42,630 bases of DNA from Bifidobacterium breve (GCA_945877865.1 CAMDVX010000002.1:1-42630); one strand, 5' to 3'; shown: positions 15,650 to 24,399, counted from the first letter of the stretch. Numbers and translations are program-made. The notes: generated by a model not told the origin, from the sequence alone.

Positions 15650-16606
15650 ATGCGCACGATGCCTCAGGGTGTGGCGAAGTCGACGATGCTAGCCGTCGTC
15701 GGCGATTCGGCCAGTGGTAAGACGACGCTGACGCGGGGCCTCGCCCGCGTGCTGGGCGAGGAGCAGGTGACGCACGTCCCAAGCGACGACTATCACCGCT
15801 ACGACCGCGCCCAGCGGAAGGTGATGGCGATCACGCCGCTGAATCCGAGCGCCAACTACCTCGACATCCTCGAGCGAGATCTTGAGACGCTTGCGACGCA
15901 GCGGGCCGTGCTCAAACCGACCTATCGGCACACCGACGGCACGCTTGGGCCACCGGAGTACCTTCAGCCCGGTCCCTACACCGTCGTCGATGGCCTGCTC
16001 TGCCTTCAGACCGAAGGCCTGCGGCGGCTGTTCGACTGCGCGGTTTACCTTGACCCGCCCGAGGAGATCAGGCGCTCATGGAAGCTGCTGCGCGACACGA
16101 CGCGCCGTGGCTATACGACGGATGAGGTGCTCAATGAGATGGATCGTCGCGACCGCGACTCTGCTCGCTGGGTTCGCCCGCAGCGGGCGTTCTCCGACAT
16201 CGTCATCACGTTCAGGCCGGGCGCGCGGCCGGAGGACAAGAATCTCGACGCGGAGATTCTGCTCCGACCAACGCTGCCGCACCCTGATCTGACGGGTCTG
16301 GCAGGCGAGGGCGCCAGCGACCTGACGATCACCTCGCTCCCACACGGAGAGCAGCTGCTGAGCGTGCCGGGCACGCTGCCAGCAGGACGCGCGCAGGCCA
16401 TCGAGGAGGCGATCTGGGATCGCCTCCACTTCGCACGGCACCTTCAGCTCGACCGGCTCGGCCAGTTTACCCGGGGCGTCGAGCTGTTCCGCTCGGATGC
16501 GCTGGCAATCACCCAGCTGCTCGTGCTCTACCAGCTTGTCACCGCGCGAGCAACACGGGCGCTGGACGTGGCCGGCGCACCGCTGCGTGGCCCGGAGCGC
16601 TCCTAG
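15650..16606 (+). CDS. phosphoribulokinase/uridine kinase family protein (long PRK-like form)
   Basis: 318 aa from the ATG at 15650. P-loop AVVGDSASGKTT, then DDYHRYDR, VDGLL, and YLDPPEEIRRSWKLLRDTTRRGYT. A C-terminal region of about 120 aa resembles long-form PRKs. The track ORF from 15257 runs antisense into the dehydratase gene and is rejected. Confidence 0.8.
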   Translation: MRTMPQGVAKSTMLAVVGDSASGKTTLTRGLARVLGEEQVTHVPSDDYHRYDRAQRKVMAITPLNPSANYLDILERDLETLATQRAVLKPTYRHTDGTLGPPEYLQPGPYTVVDGLLCLQTEGLRRLFDCAVYLDPPEEIRRSWKLLRDTTRRGYTTDEVLNEMDRRDRDSARWVRPQRAFSDIVITFRPGARPEDKNLDAEILLRPTLPHPDLTGLAGEGASDLTITSLPHGEQLLSVPGTLPAGRAQAIEEAIWDRLHFARHLQLDRLGQFTRGVELFRSDALAITQLLVLYQLVTARATRALDVAGAPLRGPERS

Positions 16607-16910
16607 GCAGAGCAAGCTCGAGGCCCAGGTCGCCCGCAGCCGTGGCACCAGCGAAGTCGGGCTGCGGGCAGGTGGCGCCACGTGGTGTAGCGGATCGAGC
16701 GTCGTCCCTGAAGGAGCGTCTCTGCTCCAGGTGATCTCGGCGAGGGTTACCGCGTTCGACGATCGTGGTTGCGATCCGCGCCTTCGCCAGGGCGCCGGCA
16801 TCGCGTGGAGGGTGTCGCCTCATCAATTCGGGTACGTACGAGCACGACGCTGGGTGGGCTGACGATCGCCTCAAGCGACTATCGTTTAGCGATCGGTTCA
16901 GACGAATCGA

Positions 16911-16982
16911 AGGGGCGTAGCTCAGCGGTAGAGCACCCGGCTCATAACCGGTCAGGCCCTGGTTCAAATCCAGGCGCCCCTA
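16911..16982 (+). tRNA. tRNA with CAT anticodon (elongator Met, or Ile2 if lysidinylated)
   Basis: Manual cloverleaf: acceptor AGGGGCG/CGCCCCT, U8, D-arm GCTC-AGCGGTA-GAGC, anticodon arm CCCGG-CTCATAA-CCGGT, T-arm CCTGG-TTCAAAT-CCAGG, discriminator A. The 1:72 pair is formed and there is no GGG:CCC run in the anticodon stem, so it is not an initiator. CCA is not encoded. Confidence 0.9.
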
Positions 16983-16985
16983 TGG

Positions 16986-18233
16986 CTAGTGCTGGGCCGC
17001 GGCGGGCGGTGGTAGCGACGGATCAAGCAGGTGGGCTGCGCGTTGACCGCTGCGGATCGCACCCTCCATGAAGCCCGACCAGACGTCGTCGGTAAACTCG
17101 CCGGCGAGGACGAGCCGCCCGTAGCGTTGGCGAAGCAGGGCGTCGTCGGGACGATTACCCGGGCGCACGTGCGTGTAGATGCCCTGCGCGTAGGGATCAT
17201 CGGCCCACGTCTGGGTGCCTGCGTTGTCGACGTCGAGATCGAGATCCGGACGCACCTCGGCGACGGAACGCGCCCACGTGGAGCCACCTCGCTCGACCTC
17301 AAGCAGCTCCAGCATCGGCTTCGATCCGGCGAAGCCCGCGAGCACGGGGCGGAGGCCGTCGTCGCCTTGGTTGGCGGTCCAGACCCAGTAGTCACGTCGC
17401 GTATCGAGCACGGCGCTGGGCTCTGGATTGCCGGCCAAGGGGACGAATAGCTTCGCCGCGTGCGAGACGCCAAAGGCGCTGGCGGCTGCCAGCACGGCAG
17501 GAGGGAGGAGCGAGCCGAACGGCTCCTGCACCACAATTGGCTGCGGCAGCGCGAGGACGAGGTGCGCCGCCGCGTGCTCGCCCTGTGACGAACGGACCGT
17601 CACACCAGCAGCGGTCACCGAGACGGCTTGGACGGGCTCGCTGAGGCGCACTCGGTCGCCCAGCAGCGCCGCCAGCGCGCGCGTTGGCGCATCGCTGCCC
17701 GTTGCAATGCGTGGGGAGTCCACGTGCTCGGGGGCACTCGCGAGGTGCAGCAGGTGCCATGCGGCAAGCTCCGTCGCGGGTGCGCCGCTCGTGCACTCGA
17801 TACGGGCGCGAAACGCCACCTTGGCGCCCTCGACGGCGTCGAGCCGCTCAATCGCTTCGGCCACCGAGATGGCGTAGGCCTCGTCGCCGAGGTCCGCGAA
17901 CAGCGTGCGCAGTGCGGCGCGCCCGGCTGCCAGCTCCTCCTCCGTCACGGGTGGCCCGCCGACCGGCGTGCGGTGGTGATAGCTCATCCCCGTGCGAGCG
18001 AGTGCGATATCGAGCCGCTGGCAGAGCCCCAGCAGCTCGACCTGCACGTCCTCAACCCATTCCGCGCCGCGCTCAATGAGCGCTCCGTTTGGCAAGCGAT
18101 CGGTCCAAGCACGTCCGCCGACGCGATCGCGTGCCTCAAGGACGGTCACGTCCCAGCCAGCGTTGACGAGTGCTTCGGCGGCGATGAGGCCCGAGAACCC
18201 GGCGCCGACGACGATTGCGGTGTGAGGTTCCAT
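16986..18233 (-). CDS. FAD-dependent amine oxidase (flavin monoamine/polyamine oxidase family)
   Basis: MEPHTAIVVGAGFSGLIAAEALVNAGWDVTVLEARDRVGGR is the dinucleotide-binding plus amine-oxidase signature. The C-terminus has LAGEFT....G.MEGAIRSG. The ATG at 18233 is preferred over the GTG at 18242. Confidence 0.85.
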   Translation of the reverse strand: MEPHTAIVVGAGFSGLIAAEALVNAGWDVTVLEARDRVGGRAWTDRLPNGALIERGAEWVEDVQVELLGLCQRLDIALARTGMSYHHRTPVGGPPVTEEELAAGRAALRTLFADLGDEAYAISVAEAIERLDAVEGAKVAFRARIECTSGAPATELAAWHLLHLASAPEHVDSPRIATGSDAPTRALAALLGDRVRLSEPVQAVSVTAAGVTVRSSQGEHAAAHLVLALPQPIVVQEPFGSLLPPAVLAAASAFGVSHAAKLFVPLAGNPEPSAVLDTRRDYWVWTANQGDDGLRPVLAGFAGSKPMLELLEVERGGSTWARSVAEVRPDLDLDVDNAGTQTWADDPYAQGIYTHVRPGNRPDDALLRQRYGRLVLAGEFTDDVWSGFMEGAIRSGQRAAHLLDPSLPPPAAAQH

Positions 18234-18256
18234 GCCGCACACGGTACTCTCAACCC

Positions 18257-18604
18257 ATGATCAACCCCAAGCCGGAGGTCACAATCGACGCCTTCGCTGC
18301 GGTCGACCTGCGCGTCGGGATCATCCGTGAGGTGCAGCCGTTTCCCGAGGCGCACAGGCCGGCGTGGAAGCTGTGCGTTGATTTTGGACCTGAGCTTGGC
18401 GCGCGCTGGACGAGCGCGCAGGTGACGAATTACTCGACCGACGAGCTGATCGGCCGTCGGGTCGTCGGCGCGATCAACCTCGGCACCCGGCGCATTGCCG
18501 GCTTCGCGAGCGCATTCCTCGTGCTCGGCGCCGTGCAGGATGACGGCCGCATCGTGCTGCTCGAGGTCGCGGATGACGCCGTGCCGGGCTCGCCCGTTGC
18601 CTGA
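18257..18604 (+). CDS. csaA: tRNA-binding (EMAP/CsaA-type OB-fold) protein
   Basis: 115 aa. It shows the IDAFAAVDLRVGII.EV..FPEA..PA.KL.VDFG......SAQ.T..Y....L.GR.V....NL pattern of CsaA. The ATG at 18257 lies 6 nt downstream of a TACTCT (TANNNT) -10-like hexamer, suggesting a leaderless mRNA. Confidence 0.8.
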   Translation: MINPKPEVTIDAFAAVDLRVGIIREVQPFPEAHRPAWKLCVDFGPELGARWTSAQVTNYSTDELIGRRVVGAINLGTRRIAGFASAFLVLGAVQDDGRIVLLEVADDAVPGSPVA

Positions 18605-18719
18605 CTATGCATCAGCGGGTGCAACGGAGCCGGACGCTGTCAGCCTGAGCGGGTGGAAGCTGCCGGCGACCGGGCGCTCCGGTCTGCCGATGATCGCCTA
18701 CGAGGCGGCGTGGCGACCG

Positions 18720-19310
18720 TCAGCGGCTGAGCAGGTAGACCGCGCCAGCGGCGAGCAGGTTCGGGACCCGCCCGACCAAGCCACCCTCAGGGTGTCCGCC
18801 CTCATTGAGCAGCACGCGTTGCTGCACCACGAAGCCCTCTGCCCGCGCGAGGACCTCGAAGTCGGTGATGGAGCAGAGCCGAATGTTCGGCGTCTCGTAC
18901 CACGAGTAGGGGAGCAGCGGAGAGACGGGCATGCGGCCACTCGCCGCCAGCTGCGTGCGCAGCCGCCAGTGTGCGAAGTTCGGAAAGGACACGATGCTCT
19001 TGCGTCCCACCCGGGCCATCTCACGCAGCACCAGCGCCGGATGATGGACAGCCTGCAGCGTCAGCGAGAGGATCACGATGTCGAAGGAGCCGTCCTCGAG
19101 GTCGCCCAGCCCCTCGTCGATGTCCGCCTGGAGCACGGGCACGCCGCGCTGCAGGCAGGCCACCACGCCCTCATCCGTGATCTCAAGGCCGAGACCGTCG
19201 GCGCCCCGGCTGATTAGCTCGTCGAGCAGCAGCCCATCGCCACAGCCAAGGTCGAGGACGCGGGCGCCCAAGGGCACCATCGAGGCGATGACGTCGTGGT
19301 CGGGGCGCAC
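18720..19310 (-). CDS. metW: methionine biosynthesis protein MetW
   Basis: 196 aa. Methyltransferase-like VLDLGCGDG plus the MetW-typical SFPNFAHWR..........GRMP....LPY.WY.TPNI. It overlaps the metX stop by 1 nt. Confidence 0.85.
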   Translation of the reverse strand: MRPDHDVIASMVPLGARVLDLGCGDGLLLDELISRGADGLGLEITDEGVVACLQRGVPVLQADIDEGLGDLEDGSFDIVILSLTLQAVHHPALVLREMARVGRKSIVSFPNFAHWRLRTQLAASGRMPVSPLLPYSWYETPNIRLCSITDFEVLARAEGFVVQQRVLLNEGGHPEGGLVGRVPNLLAAGAVYLLSR

Positions 19311-20458
19311 TAGATCTCTCGCTCCGCGAGCGCTCGGTCGATGTAGGCCGCAACGGTGCGGTGGTACTCAGGTACGGAGAGCAAAAAGGAGTCGTGCCCG
19401 TGGGGCGAGGGAATCTCGCGGTACGACACGGGCACCCGGTGGGCGGTCAGCGTGCGGACAATTGCCCGCGAGTGCGACGAATCGAAGCGCCAGTCGGTGT
19501 CGAAGGAGAGCACGAGGAACTTCGTTGCAGTTGCCTTGAGTCGGTCGCGCGTGGCATCACGATCCGCGAAGGGATCAAAGTAGTCCATGACGCGCGTCAG
19601 ATAGAGGTAGGAGTTGGCGTCAAAGCGATCGAGGAACACCTTGCCCTGATGCTGCAGGTACGACTCGACCTGAAAGTCGACGCCGAGGTCAAAGCGCGGC
19701 TCGTCCCGATCCTGAATGCGGCGACCGAACTTCTGACGCATTGACTCCTCGGAGAGATACGTGATGTGGGCCATCATGCGAGCTACCGATAGGCCATGGT
19801 CGGGGCCGCGACCCGTCTCGTAGTAGTCGCCGTCGTGAAAATCGGGGTCGTTCATGATCGCCGCTCGAGCCACCGCGCTGAAGGCGATGTTCTGCGCGGA
19901 CAGGCGGGCTGTCGCGCAGACGACGATGCCGTGCTCAAGGTCGTCGGGGTAGTCGAGCGCCCATTGCAGCACCTGCATGCCACCGAGCGAACCGCCGACT
20001 GCCGCCAGCACGCTCTCAATTCCGAGCCGGCTGAGCAGCGCCCGCTGGACGCGGACGAGATCCGACACCGTGAAGAGCGGGAAGGTGAGCCCGTACGGGC
20101 GTCCGGTTGCTGGATTCACGGATGAGGGTCCGGTCGTGCCCTGGCAGCCGCCGAGCAGGTTCGTGCTGATCACGAAGAGACGGTCCGTATCAACCGGCTT
20201 GCCCGGGCCGATCAGCGTGTCCCACCAGCCGGGGCGCGTGGGATCGCCGTGGTGGCCTGCGGCGTTGGCGTCACCGGTGAGCGCGTGGCAGACCACGACG
20301 ACGTTGCGATCGTCTGCTGCTCGCTCGCCGTACGTCTCGTAGGCCACCTCAACGGGGGCGATCGTCTCGCCCGAGTCGAGCACGAGCGGGTCGTCCTCGG
20401 TGAAGAGGACGACCCGCTGCGTCTCGACCAGTCCGAGCGTGCGACCGGTCGTGCCCAT
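19310..20458 (-). CDS. metX: homoserine O-acetyltransferase
   Basis: 382 aa. Motifs VCHALTGD, GPGKP.DT, the nucleophile elbow GGSLGGMQ, and the C-terminal SPHGHDSFL are typical of MetX. Confidence 0.9.
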   Translation of the reverse strand: MGTTGRTLGLVETQRVVLFTEDDPLVLDSGETIAPVEVAYETYGERAADDRNVVVVCHALTGDANAAGHHGDPTRPGWWDTLIGPGKPVDTDRLFVISTNLLGGCQGTTGPSSVNPATGRPYGLTFPLFTVSDLVRVQRALLSRLGIESVLAAVGGSLGGMQVLQWALDYPDDLEHGIVVCATARLSAQNIAFSAVARAAIMNDPDFHDGDYYETGRGPDHGLSVARMMAHITYLSEESMRQKFGRRIQDRDEPRFDLGVDFQVESYLQHQGKVFLDRFDANSYLYLTRVMDYFDPFADRDATRDRLKATATKFLVLSFDTDWRFDSSHSRAIVRTLTAHRVPVSYREIPSPHGHDSFLLSVPEYHRTVAAYIDRALAEREI

Positions 20459-20466
20459 GCCTACGC

Positions 20467-21759
20467 CTACGCCTTCGCCTTCGCGAGCGCCTGATCGATG
20501 TCGGCGATCAGGTCAGCGATGTTCTCGATGCCGACCGACAGCCGGACGGTGTCCTGACCGACGCCGGCCGCCTCGAGCTCCGCATCGTTGAGCTGCGAGT
20601 GCGTGGTCGAGGCGTTGTGGATCGCGAGCGAGCGTGCATCGCCGATGTTGGCGAGGTGCGTGAACAGCTCGAGGCCCTCGATGAACCGCTTGCCCGCCTC
20701 GCGGCCGCCGTCGATACCGAACGTCACGATGCCACCGAAGCCGACGCCCTGATCGAGGATGCGCTTGGCGACCGCGTGGTACTTGTCGTCCTCGAGGCCG
20801 GAGTAGTTGACCCAGTTGACGTTCCCCTGTGCCTTCAGGTGCTTGGCGACGGCGAGCGCGTTCTCGCAGTGGCGCTCCATCCGCAGCGGCAGCGTCTCCA
20901 GCCCCTGCAGAATGAGAAACGCGTTGAACGGCGATAGCGCGGCGCCGGTGTTGCGCAGCAGCACCGTGCGGACGCGACCAATGAACGCTGCCGGTCCGAG
21001 CGCGTCAGACCAGACGACGCCATGGTACGAGGGGTCGGGCTGCGTCAGGCCGGGGAAGCGATCCGCGTGCTTGACCCAGTCGAACTTGCCGGAGTCGACG
21101 ACGACGCCAGCGATCGTGGTGCCATGCCCACCCATGTACTTCGTGGCGGAGTGGACGGCGATGTCGGCACCGTGCTCAAAGATCTGCGTGAGGATGGGCG
21201 TGGCCACCGTGTTGTCGACGATCAGGGGGAGACCCTGCGCGTGAGCGGCATCTGCCCACGCCTTGATGTCGACCACGTTGAGGCGGGGGTTGCCGATCGT
21301 TTCGGCGAACACCAGCCGCGTCCTGTCGTCGACGAGCGCGGCGACCTGCTCGGGCGAGTCGGGATCAACGAACCGCACCTCAATCCCGTACTGGGGCAGG
21401 GTGTGGGCGAAGAGGTTGTAGGTGCCGCCGTACAGCGTTGAGACGCTGATGATGTTGTCGCCAGCCCGCGCGATGTTGAGCACCGCGTACGTGACGGCCG
21501 CCTGGCCGGACGCTGTGGCGCAGGCGGCGATGCCGCCCTCCAACGCTGCGACGCGCTGCTCCAGCACGTCCCACGTCGGATTCATGATTCGGGTGTAGAT
21601 GTTGCCTGGCACGGCCAAGGCGAACAGGTCAGCGGCGTGCTGCGTGTCGTTGAAGGCGTAGCTCGTCGTCTGATAGATCGGCACGGCCACGGCGTTCGTG
21701 GCCGAATCGGGGCTCTGCCCCGCGTGGAGCGCGAGGGTCTCCGGGTGCTGCTTGCTCAT
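20467..21759 (-). CDS. metY: O-acetylhomoserine (thiol)-lyase / sulfhydrylase
   Basis: Start MSKQHPETLALHAGQ at the ATG at 21759, with AAGGAG 9 nt upstream. Cys/Met-metabolism PLP enzyme motifs are present (YTRIMNPT, HSATKYMGGHG). The track ORF continues to 22371 through the riboswitch leader and is rejected. Confidence 0.9.
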   Translation of the reverse strand: MSKQHPETLALHAGQSPDSATNAVAVPIYQTTSYAFNDTQHAADLFALAVPGNIYTRIMNPTWDVLEQRVAALEGGIAACATASGQAAVTYAVLNIARAGDNIISVSTLYGGTYNLFAHTLPQYGIEVRFVDPDSPEQVAALVDDRTRLVFAETIGNPRLNVVDIKAWADAAHAQGLPLIVDNTVATPILTQIFEHGADIAVHSATKYMGGHGTTIAGVVVDSGKFDWVKHADRFPGLTQPDPSYHGVVWSDALGPAAFIGRVRTVLLRNTGAALSPFNAFLILQGLETLPLRMERHCENALAVAKHLKAQGNVNWVNYSGLEDDKYHAVAKRILDQGVGFGGIVTFGIDGGREAGKRFIEGLELFTHLANIGDARSLAIHNASTTHSQLNDAELEAAGVGQDTVRLSVGIENIADLIADIDQALAKAKA

Positions 21760-21876
21760 GGTGCGGTGCTCCTTGCCTGTCGGCGTCGCGTCCCGGGGTA
21801 GGGAGGTCTCCGAGGGGATTCGGAGACCGGCGGCGCCGCGGCTTCGTCCGCGACGACGGCTCACCATCTTCCGCTC

Positions 21877-21984
21877 ACCCATCCGGGACATGCTTGGGTT
21901 CGCGCTGGAAGAAGCACCTGACGGGCGATTGCCCCGGTTGCTGTCGCTTCGCTGGGCCAGATCCCTCTGCGACTCGTGATGGAT
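21877..21984 (-). promoter_or_regulatory. SAM-I (S-box) riboswitch aptamer in the metY-metX-metW leader
   Basis: Minus-sense sequence ATCCATC-ACGAG-TCGCAGAGGGATCTGGCCCAGCGAAGCGACAGCAACCGGGGCAATCGCCCGTCAGGTGCTTCTTCCAGCGCG...CCCGGATGGGT. It fits the S-box consensus: P1 ATCCATC/GATGGGT, the GAGGGA..GGCCC..GAAGC..GCAACC core, and GGTGC.. .TCCAGC. It lies 118 nt upstream of the metY ATG. Confidence 0.8.
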
Positions 21985-22162
21985 TGCAAGCAGCAGATTA
22001 GCATTCGGTGTCGCTGCGTCAAGTTTCGTCGTGACGAAGCCGACGCGGACGAGGCAGCCGGTGGATCCGTCGGCGCGAAAACGTAGGTTGACGTACGATC
22101 CATACGTAGAGAGCCCCATCCGGGGGCTTTCGTCTCTCGATAGCAGCCACGAGGTGAAGGGC

Positions 22163-23047
22163 ATGACCGAGCAAGGCACAATGCGCGTGAAAAGCGGTCT
22201 CGCGGAGATGCTGAAGGGCGGCGTCATCATGGACGTCGTCAATGCCGAGCAGGCCAAGATCGCTGAGGACGCCGGCGCCTGCGCCGTGATGGCGCTCGAG
22301 CGGGTGCCTGCCGACATCCGGGCAGACGGCGGTGTCGCCCGCATGTCCGACCCTGAGATGATCATCGGCATTCAGGAGGCAGTCTCCATCCCCGTGATGG
22401 CGAAGGCGCGCATCGGTCACTTCGTCGAGGCGCAGGTGCTGCAGTCGCTCGCGGTGGACTACATCGACGAGTCTGAGGTGCTGACGCCTGCCGACGAGGC
22501 GCACCACATCGATAAGTGGAAGTTTGAGATCCCCTTCGTCTGCGGAGCCACCAACCTCGGCGAGGCCCTTCGGCGCATCTCCGAGGGTGCCGCAATGATC
22601 CGCTCGAAGGGCGAGGCCGGCACCGGTGACGTCGTCGAGGCAGTGCGCCACATGCGCTCGATCGCCGGCGAGATCAATCGCCTCAAGACGATGAACCCAG
22701 ACGAGCTGTACACGCGTGCCAAGGAGCTCCAAGCGCCGATTGAGCTGGTGCAGTACTGCGCCCGCGAAGGCCGGCTCCCGGTCGTCCTGTTCACCGCGGG
22801 CGGCATTGCGACACCGGCCGACGCTGCGTTGATGATGCAGCTTGGTGCCGATGGTGTCTTCGTCGGTTCTGGCATCTACAAGAGTGGCAATCCATCCAAG
22901 CGCGCCCGTGCCGTCGTTGAGGCGACGACGCACTTCCGCGACGCCGCCAAGGTTGCCGAGGTTTCGAAGGGCCTGGGCGAGGCGATGGTCGGACGCAGCG
23001 CTAAGTCGATCCCCGAGGCAGAGCTGCTCGCCGGGCGTGGCTGGTAG
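22163..23047 (+). CDS. pdxS: pyridoxal 5'-phosphate synthase, lyase subunit PdxS
   Basis: Highly conserved PdxS sequence: [51 protein letters not shown], then [22 protein letters not shown]. The ATG at 22163 has a GAGGTGAAGG SD upstream. Confidence 0.95.
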   Translation: MTEQGTMRVKSGLAEMLKGGVIMDVVNAEQAKIAEDAGACAVMALERVPADIRADGGVARMSDPEMIIGIQEAVSIPVMAKARIGHFVEAQVLQSLAVDYIDESEVLTPADEAHHIDKWKFEIPFVCGATNLGEALRRISEGAAMIRSKGEAGTGDVVEAVRHMRSIAGEINRLKTMNPDELYTRAKELQAPIELVQYCAREGRLPVVLFTAGGIATPADAALMMQLGADGVFVGSGIYKSGNPSKRARAVVEATTHFRDAAKVAEVSKGLGEAMVGRSAKSIPEAELLAGRGW

Positions 23048-23630
23048 TCCGCCGCGCGTCGGCGTGCTCGCCCTGCAGGGCGCGTTCAGGGAGCACGTGC
23101 AGGCGCTCGAGCGGGTCGGCGCCGACCCAATTGAGGTCCGGACCCCGGAGCAGCTTGATGGGCTCGACGGCATCGTGCTGCCTGGTGGCGAGTCGACGAC
23201 GATGGGTATCCTGCTCGACACGACGGGGCTACGGGAGCCGTTGACTGCCGCCGTCCGCGGAGGGCTGCCCGCCTTCGGGACGTGCGCCGGCCTGATCCTG
23301 CTCGCACGCGACCTCGAGGATGGCGCGGTCGGGCAACGTACCCTCGGCGTGCTTGACGTGACGGCCCGGCGTAACGGCTATGGCCGTCAGCTCGCCTCGT
23401 TTGAGGCCGACATCGTCCTTGGCGGTGGCGGCGTGCCACTGCCGGGTATCTTCATCCGCGCGCCCCGCATCACCCGCGTCGGTGAGGGGGTTGAGGTCCT
23501 CGCTGCAATCGGCGACGAGCCCGTGGCCGTACGCTGCGGCCCTATCATGGCGTCGACGTTCCATCCGGAGCTCGCGCACGACGACCGGCTCCACGCGCTG
23601 TTTCTCGAGCGCATCACCCCCCAGCTCTGA
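23037..23630 (+). CDS. pdxT: pyridoxal 5'-phosphate synthase, glutaminase subunit PdxT
   Basis: [14 protein letters not shown]..., [18 protein letters not shown] (catalytic Cys), and FHPEL. The start is uncertain: the GTG at 23037 overlaps the pdxS end, and the GTG at 23064 is an alternative. Confidence 0.85.
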   Translation: MAGSPPRVGVLALQGAFREHVQALERVGADPIEVRTPEQLDGLDGIVLPGGESTTMGILLDTTGLREPLTAAVRGGLPAFGTCAGLILLARDLEDGAVGQRTLGVLDVTARRNGYGRQLASFEADIVLGGGGVPLPGIFIRAPRITRVGEGVEVLAAIGDEPVAVRCGPIMASTFHPELAHDDRLHALFLERITPQL

Positions 23631-23647
23631 ACGGAAGGCGAGAGACC

Positions 23648-24388
23648 ATGTCCGGGCACTCCAAGTGGTCCACGATCAAGCACAAGAAGGCCGCGACCGA
23701 CAAGAAGCGCGGCAAGCTGTTTAGCAAGCTCGCCCGGGCGATCATGGTCGCTGCCAAGGAGGGTGGCGGTGACCCGGATACGAACGCCGCGCTCGGGAAT
23801 GCCGTCGCCAAAGCAAAGTCCTACTCGCTGCCGAAGGAGAACATCGAGCGCGCCATCCAGAAGGGTGCGGGTGGCGGGGAGGGTGCCGCCTACGAGACCG
23901 TCGTCTACGAGGGCTTTGGCCCTGGTGGCGCGGCCTTCGTCGTCGAGGCCCTGACGGACAACCGCAATCGGACCGCAGCGAACATCCGCAGCATCTTCAC
24001 GAAGGCCGGATCGTCGCTGGGTGCGCCCGGGAGCGTGGCGTGGAAGTTTGATCGCAAGGGCGTGCTGCTGATCGACGGCGTCGCCGATGAGGACGAGCTC
24101 CTGCTCGCCGCGGCGGATGCGGGTGCCGAGGATGCCGAGGGCGAGGACGGCGTCTATCGCGTCACGACGGAGCCGACCGACCTGGCCGCCGTGCGCGACG
24201 CCCTTGAGGCCGCCGGCTACCGGATCGACAGCGCCGAGCTCACGCTGCTCCCGAAGCAGCTCGCCGCAATTGACGATGAAGGTGCCCGCAAGGTCCTCAA
24301 GATGGTCGATGTGCTTGACGACGATGACGACGTCCAGGAGGTCTTCTTCGACGTCGAGATCCCCGCAGCGGTTCTGGCCGAGCAGTAG
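23648..24388 (+). CDS. yebC: YebC/PmpR-family DNA-binding transcriptional regulator
   Basis: MSGHSKWSTIKHKKAATDKKRGKLFSKLARAI is the invariant YebC N-terminus. 246 aa. Confidence 0.9.
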   Translation: MSGHSKWSTIKHKKAATDKKRGKLFSKLARAIMVAAKEGGGDPDTNAALGNAVAKAKSYSLPKENIERAIQKGAGGGEGAAYETVVYEGFGPGGAAFVVEALTDNRNRTAANIRSIFTKAGSSLGAPGSVAWKFDRKGVLLIDGVADEDELLLAAADAGAEDAEGEDGVYRVTTEPTDLAAVRDALEAAGYRIDSAELTLLPKQLAAIDDEGARKVLKMVDVLDDDDDVQEVFFDVEIPAAVLAEQ

Positions 24389-24399
24389 CGGAGAGCCCC

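Noticed and set aside
7992-16606. Bacterial microcompartment (pdu/grm/RMM-type) locus.
   Set aside because: No BMC-H/BMC-T/BMC-P shell genes, encapsulation peptides, aldehyde dehydrogenase or phosphotransacylase are present anywhere in the window. The dehydratase appears to be cytosolic.
16676-16735. tRNA-like string GCCACGTGGTGTAGCGGATCGAGCG... upstream of the real tRNA, which could be a degraded tRNA or att remnant.
   Set aside because: I could not fold it into D, anticodon or T arms because the stems do not pair. The similarity is limited to a GTAGCGG word.
16911-18242. Genomic island integrated at the tRNA(CAT) gene.
   Set aside because: No integrase, excisionase or transposase is present, and I spotted no direct repeat of the tRNA 3' end in the window. 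The flanking genes are ordinary metabolism. It is kept only as a low-interest boundary note.
22111-22129. Hairpin GAGCCCC-loop-GGGGCTT in the pdxS 5' leader as a possible PLP-responsive element.
   Set aside because: It is a single 7-bp stem 34 nt upstream of the ATG. It has no resemblance to any riboswitch class I know and I have no conservation data. It is most likely incidental or a simple mRNA-stabilising hairpin.
21760-22371. N-terminal extension of the metY ORF (track ORF 20467-22371). Analogous extensions occur at 6896-7132, 10936-11259, 12932-13111, 15257-15649, 22031-22162, 26113-26226 and 35914-36153.
   Set aside because: The extensions run through a riboswitch or through neighbouring genes and have junk-like composition. 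In each case a homology-typical N-terminus with an ATG/GTG (often with an SD or stop-start coupling) lies downstream.
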